DNA of 64,000 nucleotides. It comes from Heteronotia binoei. Lineage: Eukaryota. The translations under genes were made by a program, and so were the position numbers. The first letter of the stretch is position 1; every line of letters begins with the position of its first letter. Positions 25,525 through 38,255 of this stretch are shown in pieces. Where the stretch lies: NCBI RefSeq assembly GCF_032191835.1, contig NC_083224.1, forward strand, positions 162,998,001 through 163,062,000, in the 5' to 3' direction. Below the pieces are notes generated by a model that saw only the letters and a program-made list of their open reading frames with translations, had not been told where the DNA came from and ran no database searches.

Positions 25525-25646
25525 TAAAGCAATTTGTGCAGAAAAATCTTTAGAAGTAGCTATTAAACAGGTCCAGAGCTGCTTGACAAGGCAATCAGTT
25601 TGAGCCTTGAACAACAGCAAGATAATCCAGGGAAGGTTTGACTAGC

Positions 25647-25751
25647 GTGTACAATCAAGTTCGTTTCAAAGTTCTGACTATGTCTGATCTGGAGCATGTG
25701 TACAATCATGTTCGTTTCAAAGTTCTGACTATGTCTGATCTGGAGCATGTG
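25647..25751. repeat. 51-bp tandem duplication (1 mismatch)
   Basis: GTGTACAATCA(A/T)GTTCGTTTCAAAGTTCTGACTATGTCTGATCTGGAGCAT x2. Confidence 0.95.
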
Positions 25752-26200
25752 AAAGAAATAGATGCTAGGGAAACATAAGCACTTCAGTAGAATTCAACAG
25801 AGTCATTACCATTCTCAGAAACATCTGGAAAGTACACACCACATATTTCCAAAGCTGTCCCAAGTTACTCAGAATCACACATGTGCAAGCAAAGAGCAGC
25901 AAATGTTGCTGTGGCCCTTGAGGCATTTAACATAATGATAGTGCAGGCAAAGGAACACTTCTATTTCTTACATCTTTTCAGCACTGCAGCTTGCTGGGAT
26001 CATTGCATATGCATGAAGGTTTCTGAAGTAGGCGTTGAATGTGAGCCAATAACAGCTGATCCAATGCCTGGTGTAAGAAGGGAAAAAGGAAACTGGAGAG
26101 TTATCATAGTTGGGTGAACTCTATGTTGCTGGTAAAATTGTGGAACTTTTAAAGAAAAATAATGTTGAACATTTATATAATGCTTTGGACTATTCAAAGG

Positions 26201-26403
26201 CAGGGCCGGTGCCAGAATTTTTGGTGCCCTACGCAAGGCTACCTACTTGTGCCCCCCTAACCAATTTTTAAAAACAGAAGAAATGCAGTCAGTGCCCATA
26301 CAGAACCCTGTACCACCTGTTTCTGGTGGAAGGGAGGAGGGTGGTCAGCATGGCTGCCAAGCAGTCCTCAGTGCACCTGTTCTCCCCCCTCCACCAGCCC
26401 CAG
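26201..26403 (+). mobile_element. hAT-Tip100-like MITE (old)
   Basis: 5' end CAGGGCCGGTGCCAG..TTTTGGTGCCCT, degenerate 3' end CCACCAGCCCCAG. No TSD. Confidence 0.5.
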
Positions 26404-26609
26404 GTATCTGTAGTACCTCCACTGGCTCCAGTTATCTCCATCTCAAGAAGGCTGGAAAAAAGTGCATGTACCCTTGCATGCAAAGGTTTTGCATGCAAGG
26501 GTACATATATATATGGAATTCAATGAAAACAGCAAGAGACAAATATCCCCCCTTTAAATATATTTTGGAGACTGAAAGGTTACTAGTACATATGTTATGT
26601 ACTAAAATG

Positions 26610-26830
26610 ATATGTTATTGGTTTTAAGCTGCTTTGTTTTTATGAATTGAAATGTATTTTTATGAAATGTGTTTTTATGAATTGAAATGTATTGGTTTTA
26701 ATGTTTAAATGTGAAGTATTTAATTGTTCTATTTAAATTGTTAAATTGTTATTGTTGGAAGCCGCCCTGAGCCACTCCTGGGAAGGGCGGGATATAAATC
26801 CCGAATAAATAAATAAATAAATAAATAAAA
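26610..26830 (+). mobile_element. L2 LINE 3' UTR with (TAAA)n tail
   Basis: GCCGCCCTGAGCC...GAAGGGCGGGATATAAAT then (AATA)n, the same stem-loop as at 34060-34100. Confidence 0.8.
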
Positions 26831-26880
26831 AATATGAAATGATCTTGAAGTTGCAGCTCTGAAACAGCTTAATTCAAATC

Positions 26881-27141
26881 AAGGGAAACCATATTTTGAA
26901 AAGCAAAAAAGAGGACATCTTTTCTGAGTGACTACTTCAAACAAGTTAGCACGGGGATAAATCATTTTAAATACCTTGACTCCTTAAATTGTGATAATTT
27001 CTACTAAATAGATATGTTCCTAACCCTTCAACCCCCAAAGAGGATGTTTTCATCAAGATTTTTAAAAGTGCCCAAAAGAGGACAGACACACTCCAAAAAA
27101 GAGGACATACCCTCTAAAATAAGGAAATCTGTCAACCCTAA
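26881..27141. mobile_element. Old Blackjack-like MITE with AAAAGAGGACA subterminal repeats
   Basis: Degenerate termini AAGGGAAACCA / TGTCAACCCTA and three AAAAGAGGACA motifs. Confidence 0.45.
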
Positions 27142-28444
27142 ACCACAGATCTGGATTTACTAGGCTGCTTCAGGTAAAACAAATTTAGGGGAGATCCAGA
27201 TTCACGCTGCCTCCACCATCTGCTTTGAAGCTCACTAGGCAACTAGTTCTCAGACTAACCTATTTACAGGGTTGTTATGATGATAAAACAGTTCTCCCCT
27301 CCTAGTAATTCTCATTGTAGAAAATAAAAACTGATTGTTAGGCATTATGAGATTAAGGAAGGGAATAGCCCCGATTAGACAAAATCTAGATCCTCTAATA
27401 GCAAAGTTTGGGGCTTTTAAAAAACTTAGCAATAATTCCCTCGAATCCCCTCTTGACTAATGAAGGAATCACATTCCTAGAGTGAAGCTTATGTGTGTGC
27501 ATATACACGTGAAATTCATTTGGAAGGAGACCTAGATTCAGAATTCTGTAATTATTAATGGAAAATATGTGATATCACTGTAGGTAGAAACAGGAAGGGA
27601 AGAGGTGATGTACTTATCACTATCAATCAGCAAAATGATAGTGGTTATAATAATAATAAATTAAATGTCTAATGAAGCACTGTGTGGGGAGGGGAGATAA
27701 TACAAAATTTAGGTGATGGTGTTTTTGTTTTTTAATAGAAGGGGGGAATCCTCTTCCCTCCTTCCCCAAATCATACACTTTATGAAATCTGTAAAGTTCA
27801 CTCTTGAGTGTACGAAGGGGACTCAGGAGGAAAGTTGCAGGAGACTGCTAAATCTTTTCCTTCACTACCTCTCCCCTCATGCAGGTCTCCCCCACCCTCC
27901 TTACAACTGCCCTTCCATTTCTTTACCTGCAGCCCCTTTAAGACATGATCCTTCCCATTAGCCTCCTTTTGCAAAATGGAGAGGGGGAAAAGGCTGCCTT
28001 TGTGTAAGCCACCCCCCCTCCCCCTGCAGTACAGCTCCAACCCACGTGGGCACCATGTAATCATCACCAACACTTCTCTTCAGCCACCACCAACCTGGGA
28101 AAAAAGGACAGAGACCACCTCGAAGTCTTCCAGGAATCTGGGATCAAATTTTGCAAGCTTCACAAGCATGGAGATGGCTTCAGGGGAGTGGAGGTGGAAG
28201 GAAGGCAGTTGGGACTTGCCCGGGAACATCTGCCTGGACTGCCCAGGCATGCCTGTTTCCCCGCAGCCCAGTGCTAACCCAGGTGGGCACCACATTCCAA
28301 TGACTCACAAGCTTCCTCACAGCCACAGGCCAATTGGGGCTCTGATCCTCCAGTTTCCTCCTGCCATCTCAGGTGGAATGCCTCTCCATGGCAAAAGCAA
28401 GCTGCCAGCAGCCTGGACCTGCTTCCCCTACACATGGCGATGAG

Positions 28445-28614
28445 CAGGGGTCATTTTGTAGAAAAATAGGTGGTGGAGCTCATCCAGGGATTGTTATGCA
28501 GCTGCACATACTAGTCAATGGACAAGGAGGTGGAACTCTCAGAAGGAGGAGGTGGAACTCTCAGAAATGTTTAGTAGTTGCACTTATGTGAGCTTCCACT
28601 GAATCCGAGGCCCG
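28445..28614. mobile_element. hAT-like MITE (CAGGGGTCATTTTGTAG family)
   Basis: Begins CAGGGG and has an internal GGAGGTGGAACTCTCAGAA duplication. Confidence 0.5.
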
Positions 28615-29069
28615 GCGGTGAGGATGGGTGTGCTCACAGCATGCAGGAGCTCACCCCTGTGGCCAGATGGCACTTCAGGCAATGGCCTACCTCGCTGATT
28701 CCTTAGCACTGGCCCTCTTTAAAGGCCGGTAATTAGATCAGTAAACCTCCTGGCAAGCCTCTAATATAGGCCACTATTATTGTAACAAATAGAGAAGTAG
28801 AGACTAAGACTGATGCCTAACTAGCAATTACTCTGCCCTTTGGCTTCTGCTTTCCCTGACTCAAGTGATCAATTCTCCACCAGCTGCTGTGTGAGCATAT
28901 TTTGATGTGTGGCTCCCTCCAATTTCCCTCATGGCTTCCTGATCTCTAAAAATACAAGACCAGGAAGCCGCAAGGGAAACTGGAGGGAGCTGTGGGTCAA
29001 AATGTGCCCACACAGCAACTGGTGGGGAATTTATTGCTTGAGCTGGCAGTTGCCTGGGGGCAGATCAAC

Positions 29070-29135
29070 TGCTAGTGAGGAATCAGTCTAAAATACTAGT
29101 GTCTAAAATGCTAGTGAGGAATCAGTCTAAAATAC
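29070..29135. repeat. 27-bp direct repeat with 12-bp partial-copy spacer
   Basis: TGCTAGTGAGGAATCAGTCTAAAATAC at 29070 and 29109. Confidence 0.9.
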
Positions 29136-30922
29136 AGTTGCTTCTCTTAGGCCACCTAGTAAGATCCAAACTAGATATGATGAAGGAGATTTAACATAAA
29201 AAATACCCAGTGTTTTGTTGTCTTCTTTTAATTTCAAAGCAGCCATGTGAGGCTAGTAATTCAACTGGGGGGAAGTTCTGGAGTGCTTAACCACTTTCTT
29301 AAGTCTTTCTCTGATTTAAGTCACGCACAAAAAAGTACTATTTGTTCCACAGCAAAAGGTAGTTACAGTATTTTCCCCCATGGGTTTAATAACAGTTTCA
29401 GAGTGAAAGCTTTAGATTGGACAAACATCAGAGAAGGAAATACATTTATTTGGAAAATTTATATCTCCAGTGACCAGTTTGAGGCAGCATACAGCTAAGA
29501 CAATAATAAAATCCCATTAACCTGGGTGAAAAGGAATGTTTTATCTCGGTGACTAAAATAAAGTAAGATAGGAACCAAGTGTCATTCCAAGGGAATGGTG
29601 CCACCACCAAAACAGCTTTATATCCGGTCCCCACTCTTCTCACCTCTGAAGACAGGGACTTCAGGGGGGAATTGATAAGGTTGATTTCTACTGTGGGTTC
29701 ACCAAAATATAACTAACAGTGAAAACCTAAGCAGTGTTAAACATCTTCAATGAACTTAGAAGGGCACATCTGTTTAGGGATATTGCTTTCCTATTATTGA
29801 CATTTCTGAACATAGCTGAGTAGTTGTAATAGCTGCTACTGAATTTTACCTAAGGTAGCATCAAAAGTGAGGCTCTGATGTTGCCAATTAGGAAAAGCAT
29901 CTGATAAACATTGAGAAAAGCAACATTATGTCAAGAATATCGAGGGCTTCTTCCATGGCAAGTAGTTCCCATATTTCACCCACCAGACTGGCGCATTTTT
30001 TCCATATTTCTACATGACATAGTACTCCATTTAAACAAAACTATCTGCCTTATTTTAAATCTGTAAAAAACCCCAGTGTTTCCTGGGCAAGACACTATGG
30101 GTACAAGCAGTTTCTAGAGAAGGGAAATTGCATAACTGGCAAAGTGCTAGTCAGTTATTCTTTGCATGCCTTGATTAGCAGAGGGTCGCCCCTAGCAAAA
30201 ATTAACATAAGAGCATTGGCTGTCTTTTATACAAAGGGGAAGAAATTTGTCTAAAGACAAGGGTTTAAAATAAAAGCTTGGAAAGGTATTGCATTGTTCC
30301 TATCAAGTATTATTCATGCTTGTATGTGTCTGTTTTAAAAAGAATCACCTACAGCTCAGCCTTCCTTTAAGACAAGGAGGAGGAGATAATTGGCAGCTCT
30401 GCAAATACATGGAGATTTTTTAAAAAATAAAGATATTGTGTTATTTCTATGCAGTGTTATTCATGTTCCTAAAAACAAAAACAAACAGAGCGGGCAGAGA
30501 ATCCTGAGGGTCATGTGAGAAGGAGGGGGGTGGATTTCAATGTGCATTTGGTGTGAAAGAGAAACCATGGCTAACAATGAAGAGAAAACAGATATCCTGG
30601 GTTGTGCGAAATCTTAATTGCAAGGGCGATTTCACACCAGCAATCAGACTACCACAGAAAATGACCCTGGTGTGGAAGCAGTTCAAATTTACCAAGGAGA
30701 TTCTGCACATCCCTACATCAACCAAAGCATAAATTCAAACCATTAGTCAAGCTATACTATAGTGTGCACGTCATATGATTTTTAGTATTACTGAATGGCT
30801 TGTTGGCAAGCAGCCATGCTCAAGGAATGTTGTGGGACTAAAAAATGAAAGAAGCTTTTAAGATGCACAGAATCTTTAATTGGACTTCCACAAATCCTAG
30901 GCAGCTAGCCTAGAGTATACAC

Positions 30923-31593
30923 TAGGCTTGCCAATCCCCAGGTTCCAGCGGGGGTTCTTCCGCTTTCCCAGGCTCCTTCCTGCCCCCAGTCAGATGGCTG
31001 GTAGGGGGAAACCCCACCCCCAAAGCCACCAAGTGACTCTCCACCTCTGGAGGCTTCAGTTTCCGATTGGAAAGGCTTCCTCTTGGAATGGTGTGTCTGT
31101 TACTTTGAAGAAGTTGGCAGCAACTTGTGAGCAGAGATGCCAATCCCTCGCTGCAGAATCACCAGAAAAGGGGGGGGGGGAATGTCTGCTGGGCACTTCA
31201 TTATTCCCTATGTGAAGATGGATTCTCATAGGGTATAATGGGGAATTGATCTGGAGGTATCGGGGGCCCTGAGGGGCTGTTTTTTGAGATAGAGGCACCA
31301 TATTTTCAGTATAGCATCTAGTGCCTCTCCCCAAAATACCCCCCAAGTTTCAAAACAATTGGACCAGGGGCTCCAATTCTATGAGCCCCAAAAGAAGGTG
31401 CCTCTATCCTTCATTATTTGCTATGGAAGGAAGGCATTTAAAAAGGTGTGCTGTCTCTTTAAATGTGATGGCCAGAACTACCTTGGAGTTCAATTATGCT
31501 TGTCACACCCTTGCTCCTGGCTCCACCCCCAAAGTCTCCTGTCTCCACCCCCAAAGTCACCAGTTATTTTTTGAATTGGACTTGGCAACCCTA
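30923..31593 (-). mobile_element. hAT (Blackjack-like) MITE, long family with extra module
   Basis: TIRs TAGGCTTGCCA / TGGCAACCCTA. Perfect 8-bp TSD GTATACAC at 30915-30922 and 31594-31601. Confidence 0.92.
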
Positions 31594-32522
31594 GTATACA
31601 CACATTTTGACAAAATATTCTTAAAGAAAAGCATATTGGAAGGAGCTGTGAGGTCTAAAGTCAGAGACAGAAGTGGAACCAAAGGAAAGAGTTTGGGACT
31701 GATCTGGGGAGAACACTTTTGGCACCATTGCCCTATCTTCTTGTATATGATTCCTCTATAATTTTGTATGCTACAGGGGATAGCTGAACTCTGATCTCAA
31801 TATGAATACGGCTTGAATAACTGGGTTTTAAACGATCTGAGCCTTAAACTTCCAACATTTTAAGCATGTCCCTTTTAAATTCATGCAACTATAAAACTTT
31901 CCTTCCTTTGTCATTTCAAGTTTTTCAGATGGATTTTTCCTCCTGTGTGGCAGTGCTAAGGTAAATAAAACCCCCGGCTTATTTCAATTTTTTCAAGCAT
32001 ATTGGAATCATAAAAAAATGCTGAGTATACTGCTGAGCTATGAGATAAAAATGGCAGCACAGAAGCCTGCACAGATAAATCTCAAATTGACAAAAACATT
32101 TATCAGCTAATCTGTTTAGGAGCAGAAAATCATATCCCATTTAAATCTCCTGAAGTCTTCTCTTTCATTTATTAGCATTAAACTGATCTTGACTTCACAA
32201 AGAGCATGCTCCAGAAGATATTTTTTCCTACTTATAGAATTATCGGAGCAACTCATGACATTATAAGAACAACCATCTCCAGACAGTTTTCTTTAAAAAA
32301 AAAATCCTCTATAAATACAGAGTATATACAACATGAAGTTAAATCAATGAAAATAAAGCATGTTGTAATTACATTTGCCATTCCAGAACACAGTAACCTA
32401 AGAACATCTTTTTAAAAAGCTATTGACACAATAATCTTCCCAAGTTGATATGTACTGTGAATTTAAGCATTACGACAATGTCCAAAGTCATATAAAACTT
32501 TCAGCCAGAGATGGGGTGTGAA

Positions 32523-33002
32523 TAAAGTTGCCAGGGCCAACTCAAGAAATATCTGGGGACTTCGGGGGGGGGGGAGCCAGGAGCAAGGGTGTGACAAACA
32601 CAACTGACCTCCAAAGGGAGTTCTTGCCATCACATTTAAATGGACCGCATGCCTTTTAAGTACCTTCCCTCCATTTGGAAATATGAAGGATAGGGGCACC
32701 TTTTGGGGAGGCTCAGAAAACTGGACCCCTTGGACCAATCTTTTTGAAACTTGGGGGTGTTTTGGGGAGAGGCACTGGATGCTATGCTGAAAATGTGGTG
32801 CCTCGACTTCAAAAAAACAGCCCCCTGAGCCCCAGATACACAGAGATCAATTCTTTATTGTATGGGAATCGCTCTCCATAGGGTATAATGGAGTGTCTGG
32901 CAGACATTTCCCTCCCTCCCCCTCAGCTTTCTGATAACCCTGAAGTGGGGGAGAGCCTCCAAACCAGGAGATCCCCTGCCCCCAGCTAGGGATTTAGCAA
33001 CC
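32523..33002 (+). mobile_element. hAT (Blackjack-like) MITE, long family; 3' end repeated at 34292-34322
   Basis: Colinear with 7160-7600. The terminal CCCCTGCCCC..AGCT.GGGATT.GCAACC occurs on both sides of the foldback element. Confidence 0.8.
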
Positions 33003-33390
33003 AAACAGAGAATTGCGGAAAATAGAGCGGGGAAAAGGTACAAAACCTCCATGAAAACCAGCCTCAAAAAGTAACACACTGAAATGAACCAATAGAAAAT
33101 ATAAATATGTTCTTAAAGATGAATGAAATCAATCACATAGAATTTAAAGTGACAAAACACTAACCATGCCCACTCTCAGAGTCTTAAACCTGCACTCAAT
33201 TCAGAGAATTTCAAATTGACGGTCCAGGCTGTGGTATAAGGTCGGTTTCCCAATGGAGTCCAATGCTCCAATTCTTGGACTCCATTGGAAAACCAACCTT
33301 ATACCACAGCCCGGACCATCAGTTTGAAATTCTCTGCATTAAGCGCCAGTTTAAGACTCTGGTTGCAGGCGTGGCTAGTGTTTTATCACT

Positions 33391-34106
33391 CAAGGCAGTT
33401 GGCCCCCTTCCTGGAGCGTGACGACCTAGCAACAGTGATCCATGCTACGGTCACCTCAAGGTTGGACTACTGTAATGCCCTCTACATGGGGCTACCCTTG
33501 TGCCGGACCCGGAAACTGCAGTTAGTGCAGAACGCTGCTGCCCGGCTGCTACTAGGGCTCCCAAGATGGGAGCACATTCGGCCGGGGCTCCGGGATCTGC
33601 ACTGGCTGCCAGTAATATTCCGAGTCCAGTACAAGGTGTTGGTCATTACCTTTAAAGCCCTATATGGCCTAGGACCTGCCTACCTTAGGGACCGTCTCTC
33701 CCCACACGTTCCCCAGAGAGTACTACGCTCCGGTTCACAAAATCTGCTGGTAGTCCCCGGGCCAAAGGAGGCCCGTCTAAAATCCACCAGGGATCGGGCC
33801 TTCTCAACAGCGGCACCTTATTGGTGGAACCAGCTGCCGGAGGAGGTGCGGGCCCTGCGGGACCTAGGGCAGTTCCGCAGGGCCTGTAAGACAGCCCTCT
33901 TCCGGCAGGCCTATAACACCTAACTGATAATGAGAACATCTCTGGATGGAACAAAAATGCTCTTATAGACCGCTGGTTTTATTTTATCTTGTTTTATTAA
34001 TTATGGTTTTAATTGTATTTGTAAACGTTTTAAATTGAATTATATGAATCATTATGTTGTAAGCCGCCCTGAGACACTTCGGTGAGAAGGGCGGGATATA
34101 AGTCCA

Positions 34107-34170
<64 letters not shown>
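33391..34170 (+). mobile_element. Young 5'-truncated L2 LINE (ORF2 C-terminus 33391-33923, 3' UTR, (TAAA)n tail)
   Basis: Open frame RQLAPFLERDDLATVIHATVTSRLDYCNALYMGLP...HWLP...YKVLVITFKALYGLGPAYL. 7-bp TSD TATCACT at 33384-33390 and 34171-34177. Confidence 0.93.
34108..34170 (+). repeat. (TAAA)n L2 tail microsatellite
   Basis: Direct reading of the sequence. Confidence 0.95.
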
Positions 34171-34171
<1 letters not shown>

Positions 34172-34656
34172 ATCACTTTAAATTCTATGTGATTGATTTC
34201 GCTCATCTTTAAGAATATATTTATATTTTCTATTAGTTCATTTCAGTGTGTTACCTTTTGAGGCTGGTTTTTGCGAAGGTTTTGTACCTTTCCCCTGCCC
34301 CAGCTGGGGATTGGCAACCCTAGGTGTGAACTCCAAGCCACTGAACTCACCTTTTGGGGCCCTAACAATAAAAGACTCTCCCTGGTCTTCAGGAAAGAGA
34401 ACCTGAGAACAATGAGATGATGACTGGTTGGAATCTAGGGCTTCAAAAGACTGGTAATGGGTGAAGCAAGGGAGGAGAAGAGAATGGAAATAAGGCCTCT
34501 AAAAAACGAGTCAACCATCACTGTTGGTCTCTTCTCCTGGCCTGAGGGGACCAATTGCATTAACAACCTTGTTCTCATCACAACTGGAGTCTGCTAATTG
34601 CTCCTGGCTGACAAAACTAGATTGCCTCTGAAATCAGCCATCTTGTATCATGAAAC

Positions 34657-35110
34657 TAGGGTTTCCAGACTCAACTCAAGAAATATCTGGGGGCTTTGGG
34701 GGTGGAGCTAGAAAACTTTGGGGGTGGAGCCAGGAGCAAGTGTGTGGCAAGCATGATCAAACTCTAAAGGGAGTTCTGGCAATCACATTTCAAGGGACTG
34801 CACACCTTTTAACTGTCTTCCCTCTATCTGGAATAATGAAGGATGGGGGAACCTTCTTTTGGGGCTCTGGTTCAATCTTTTAGATGCTATGTTGAAAATT
34901 TAGTGCCTCTAACTAAAAAAAAAGTTCCCCCTGAGCCCCAGACACCCACAGATTAATTCTCCATTATACCTTATAGAAATCAGTCTCCATAGGGTACAAT
35001 GCAATCCCCAGCAGACATTTCCCTCCCTCCACACACACACTTTCTGATGACCGTGAAGTGTGGGGAGGGACTCCAAACTGGGGGATTGCCTGCCCCTAGC
35101 TGGGGATTAA
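34657..35110 (+). mobile_element. hAT (Blackjack-like) MITE, long family
   Basis: Starts TAGGGTTTCCAG and is colinear with 32523. The 3' TIR is eroded. Confidence 0.8.
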
Positions 35111-35204
35111 ACACAACAGGACTGCTGCCTAACAAAATATATTAGATGCCTCTACGGTACTGCCTGCATCTGGAAATATATGAGAACAGCAGGAGTTAGT
35201 ACCT

Positions 35205-36351
35205 GTGCCCCCTTGCCCAGATTGCCCGGAGATATGGGCTGGTTTGTCACCAGTATGCTGATGACACCCAGCTCTATCTATTGATGGGTGGCCGAACTGG
35301 TAACGTCCCTGTAAATCTGGATGAGGCATTGCAAACCATGGCTGATTGGATTAAGCTGAGTGGGCTGAAATTGAATCCAGCGAAGACAGAGGTCCTTTGT
35401 CTAGGTCGCGGCGATCCAGAAGGAGGGATCTCCCTTCCAGCTTTTGACAGGGCGCCATTGGTACCAGTGTGTGAGGTCAGGAGCTTGGGAGTACTGCTGG
35501 AGTCTTCCTTGACAATGGAGACCCAGATAGCAGCCACTGCCAAATCTGCCTTTTTCCATCTTAGGTGGGCAAGGCAGTTGGCCCCCTTCCTGGGACGCTG
35601 CAACCTGGCAACAGTGATCCATGCGACGGTCACCTCGAGGTTAGATTACTGTAATGCCCTCTACATGGGGCTGCCCCTGTACCGAACTCGGAAACTGCAG
35701 CTAGTGCAGAATGCAGCAGCCAGACTGCTAGTGGGACTACCTCGGTGGGAACATGTACAGCCTAGGCTGCGGGAACTGCACTGGCTGCCAATTGTCTACC
35801 GAGTTCGTTACAAGGTGCTGGTTATCACCTTTAAAGCCCTATATGGCCGAGGACCTGCCTACTTTAGGGACCGCCTCTTTCCATATGTTCCCCAGAGAGC
35901 ACTGCGTTCCAGCTCACAAAATCTTTTGGAAATCCCTGGGCCCAAGGAGGCCAAATTAAAAACAACCAGGGAGCAGGCCTTCTCTATAAAGGCACCCCAA
36001 TGGTGGAATCAGCTACCAGAAGAGGTGCGGGCCCTACGGGATCTTAATCGGTTCCATAGGGCTTGCAAAACCGCCCTCTTCCAACTAGCCTTTTAAGATG
36101 AACCTGGAATTAACATCAAGCCATCTTGTATATACTGTGTCTGTAGCACCATTATACTGTTTTTAGATTAATGATTTTAATGTTAATTTATATAGTGTAT
36201 AATTTATATTACTCTGTTTATTGATTGTATTATTTTGTTTTATTGTTATACCATGATATAAAATATATTTTATATCATGCTTTGTAAGCCACCCTGAGCC
36301 TGCTTCGGTGGGGAGGGCGGGGTATAAATAAAAACGTATTATTATTATTAC
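35205..36351 (+). mobile_element. Young 5'-truncated L2 LINE (RT C-terminal half, open 35206-36096)
   Basis: CPLAQIARRYGLVCHQYADDTQLYL (YADD at 35254-35265) in frame with ...SRLDYCNALYMGLP...HWLP. 3' stem-loop GCCACCCTGAGCC..GAGGGCGGGGTATAAAT and (TAT)n tail. Confidence 0.93.
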
Positions 36352-38169
36352 TTCCTAGTTTTGAATGGGTATAGCATGATTATTTGAAATGCTTTATACA
36401 CAGCATTTTTGTTAGTTTATACCCAACTGGGGATTGGCAACCCTAAATGAAAGCCATCTAGACTGATCCTTAACAATAACGCCTGAAGAACAGGGTGGGG
36501 CACAAAAAGGAGAGTTAAGAACCCTCCCTGAAAGTTAAAAGGAAAAAAAATGTGCCTTATGAAACTTATTGTTTTCCTCATGAAACCTGCCTGGGAAAAA
36601 TGAATGAGCCCAAACACAACCCTCAAATGGAGAAATATTTTTCTTTTCAATTGTAACCTACCAAGTCTATTCAAATATCCCTGTTTTGAATGTACTGTTC
36701 CCTTGGTGAAAAATAAACCCATGAAGTCTTTTTGCACCATTTTGTTTCCTTGTGCCAATTTTTGTCCTGTAAAAAAATTCAAAGCTGTGTATATACATTG
36801 TATATCAATCAGTGGTATAAAAAGAAACTAACGAATTATCAATGACAACAACAACAGCAAAAGAGGTGAACTGAAACCAATGATAATGCCAGCAGTTATA
36901 ATAAAAAGAAACTTAAAAATAGTATCAGCTAATCAGTGATAAAAAGACAGACCCCTTTCTTACTGTCATAACCCTTAAGTTATCAAATCTTAATATACAG
37001 ATTCTTTGTGGGACTTTTCATGCAGTACTTTTAAGGTTGTTCTAAATGACTAAAATGTTCTGGTCCATGACTGTAATAATTAACTGAACTGAACTGACCC
37101 ACAAAGACTTCTGGAGGAAACTCTCCCCTGCTTCTCCCTAGTTTCTGCTACATTATTCCTGTCTCTGTCCCTTGGCTCCTCTTTCCCACTTCCATTCACT
37201 TGGCACTTCCTTCTCTTTCCTTTGGTTCAGCTTCACCCAACATCTGTTCATATTATTCTTAAATTTGAGTATTTTTATACTATTAGCATTTAAACTGGGT
37301 ATTACTTTCTCCAGTATAAATGCATACTTACTTCAGGGCAATTACTACCAAGAGGAGGACTGGCATTGAAGGAGTATTATTGATAATAGCAGTCTCTCTG
37401 TACATGTGTGAGGGTTTAGATTTAGCCTCAGGCTGATTTAAACAACAATGGCTTCCTAATCTGGACTAGAAATAAGACCAGAATAGATGGATAAAGGTCT
37501 GAATCAAATTAAGGATCCAGTAGCACTAGGGGAAAGCAAATTGGAGGTCTGTAAAGAGGAACTGACAGAACGTTAACTTGCCCTTCCATTAAGCGGAAAA
37601 CTTAGTCTGGATCCAACTGACAAAACCGGGGGTGGGGGGGAGGGATTGATTTTAATGATAAACATATAATACAGTGTAAATTGCAAGTTCAAAAACAAGA
37701 GGATAGTTCAACTGAATGCTGGTTGGATTCTAACCCTTTCCAATGGTTCTTCCCTTTCTCTTTTGATTTCTGTACATTGTAGCCAAACTTCATTGGACTT
37801 TCATCTCTTCGAGGCTGACCTACTTCTTGATCTCTGATAGAATCTCAGTGCAGAAGGTGAATAGATTTCATACAAATAAAATCACTTCCTTGAGATATAG
37901 GTTTCCCCTTTTAACCAGAAAAAGTAAAATCCTCAAGCACAATTACAATTATTGACTACTGAGCTTGACTCAGAATGGCTTTGTGCATTCATTTTTCCCC
38001 CTTCTGCAAAGAGTCTATTATCCCTGATTTTGTGTGCCAGTCTACATGTCATGATTTTGAATGTGTTATGTCTGGGTTCTCCCAAGAAGACTTTTATTCA
38101 GATGGTTACATGTCAGCTGTGAGAGAAATTGTTCTTACAGTAAGTGATTTGTAAGACCCCTGCATAGGA

Positions 38170-38255
38170 CTCTGGATAGCCACTCCTAATCTGAGTAGAC
38201 AATACCTACCTTGACGGAGAGAGGATCTGATTCAGTATAAGGTAGCGCCATGTGT
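38170..38255 (+). mobile_element. CR1 3' tail remnant
   Basis: Homologous to 25229-25325 (TCTGAGTAGACAATAC...TCTGATTCAGTATAAGG). Confidence 0.55.

Larger units (their letters stand above)
33003..34295. mobile_element. Foldback (near-palindromic) element with arms of about 235 bp and an 11-nt loop, right arm split by L2
   Basis: 33029-33263 is the reverse complement of 33275-33390 plus 34178-34295. Loop TGCTCCAATTC at 33264-33274. Confidence 0.85.

Noticed and set aside
25647-25751. Short direct repeats here and elsewhere as a CRISPR-like array
   Set aside because: They are head-to-tail duplications without unique spacers, there are no cas genes, and the DNA is vertebrate.
27976-28443. 155-aa ORF
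   Set aside because: It lies in GC-rich repeat-like sequence with ORFs in several frames on both strands and no domain.
7160-31593. A large inversion or segmental duplication suggested by reverse-complement identity of 7160-7847 and 30923-31593
   Set aside because: Each copy has its own distinct 8-bp TSD and unrelated flanks, so they are independent MITE insertions.
33285-33390. N-terminal part of the 212-aa ORF (MENQPYTTART...)
   Set aside because: This comes from the foldback arm and is accidentally in frame with L2 ORF2. It is not a real fusion start.
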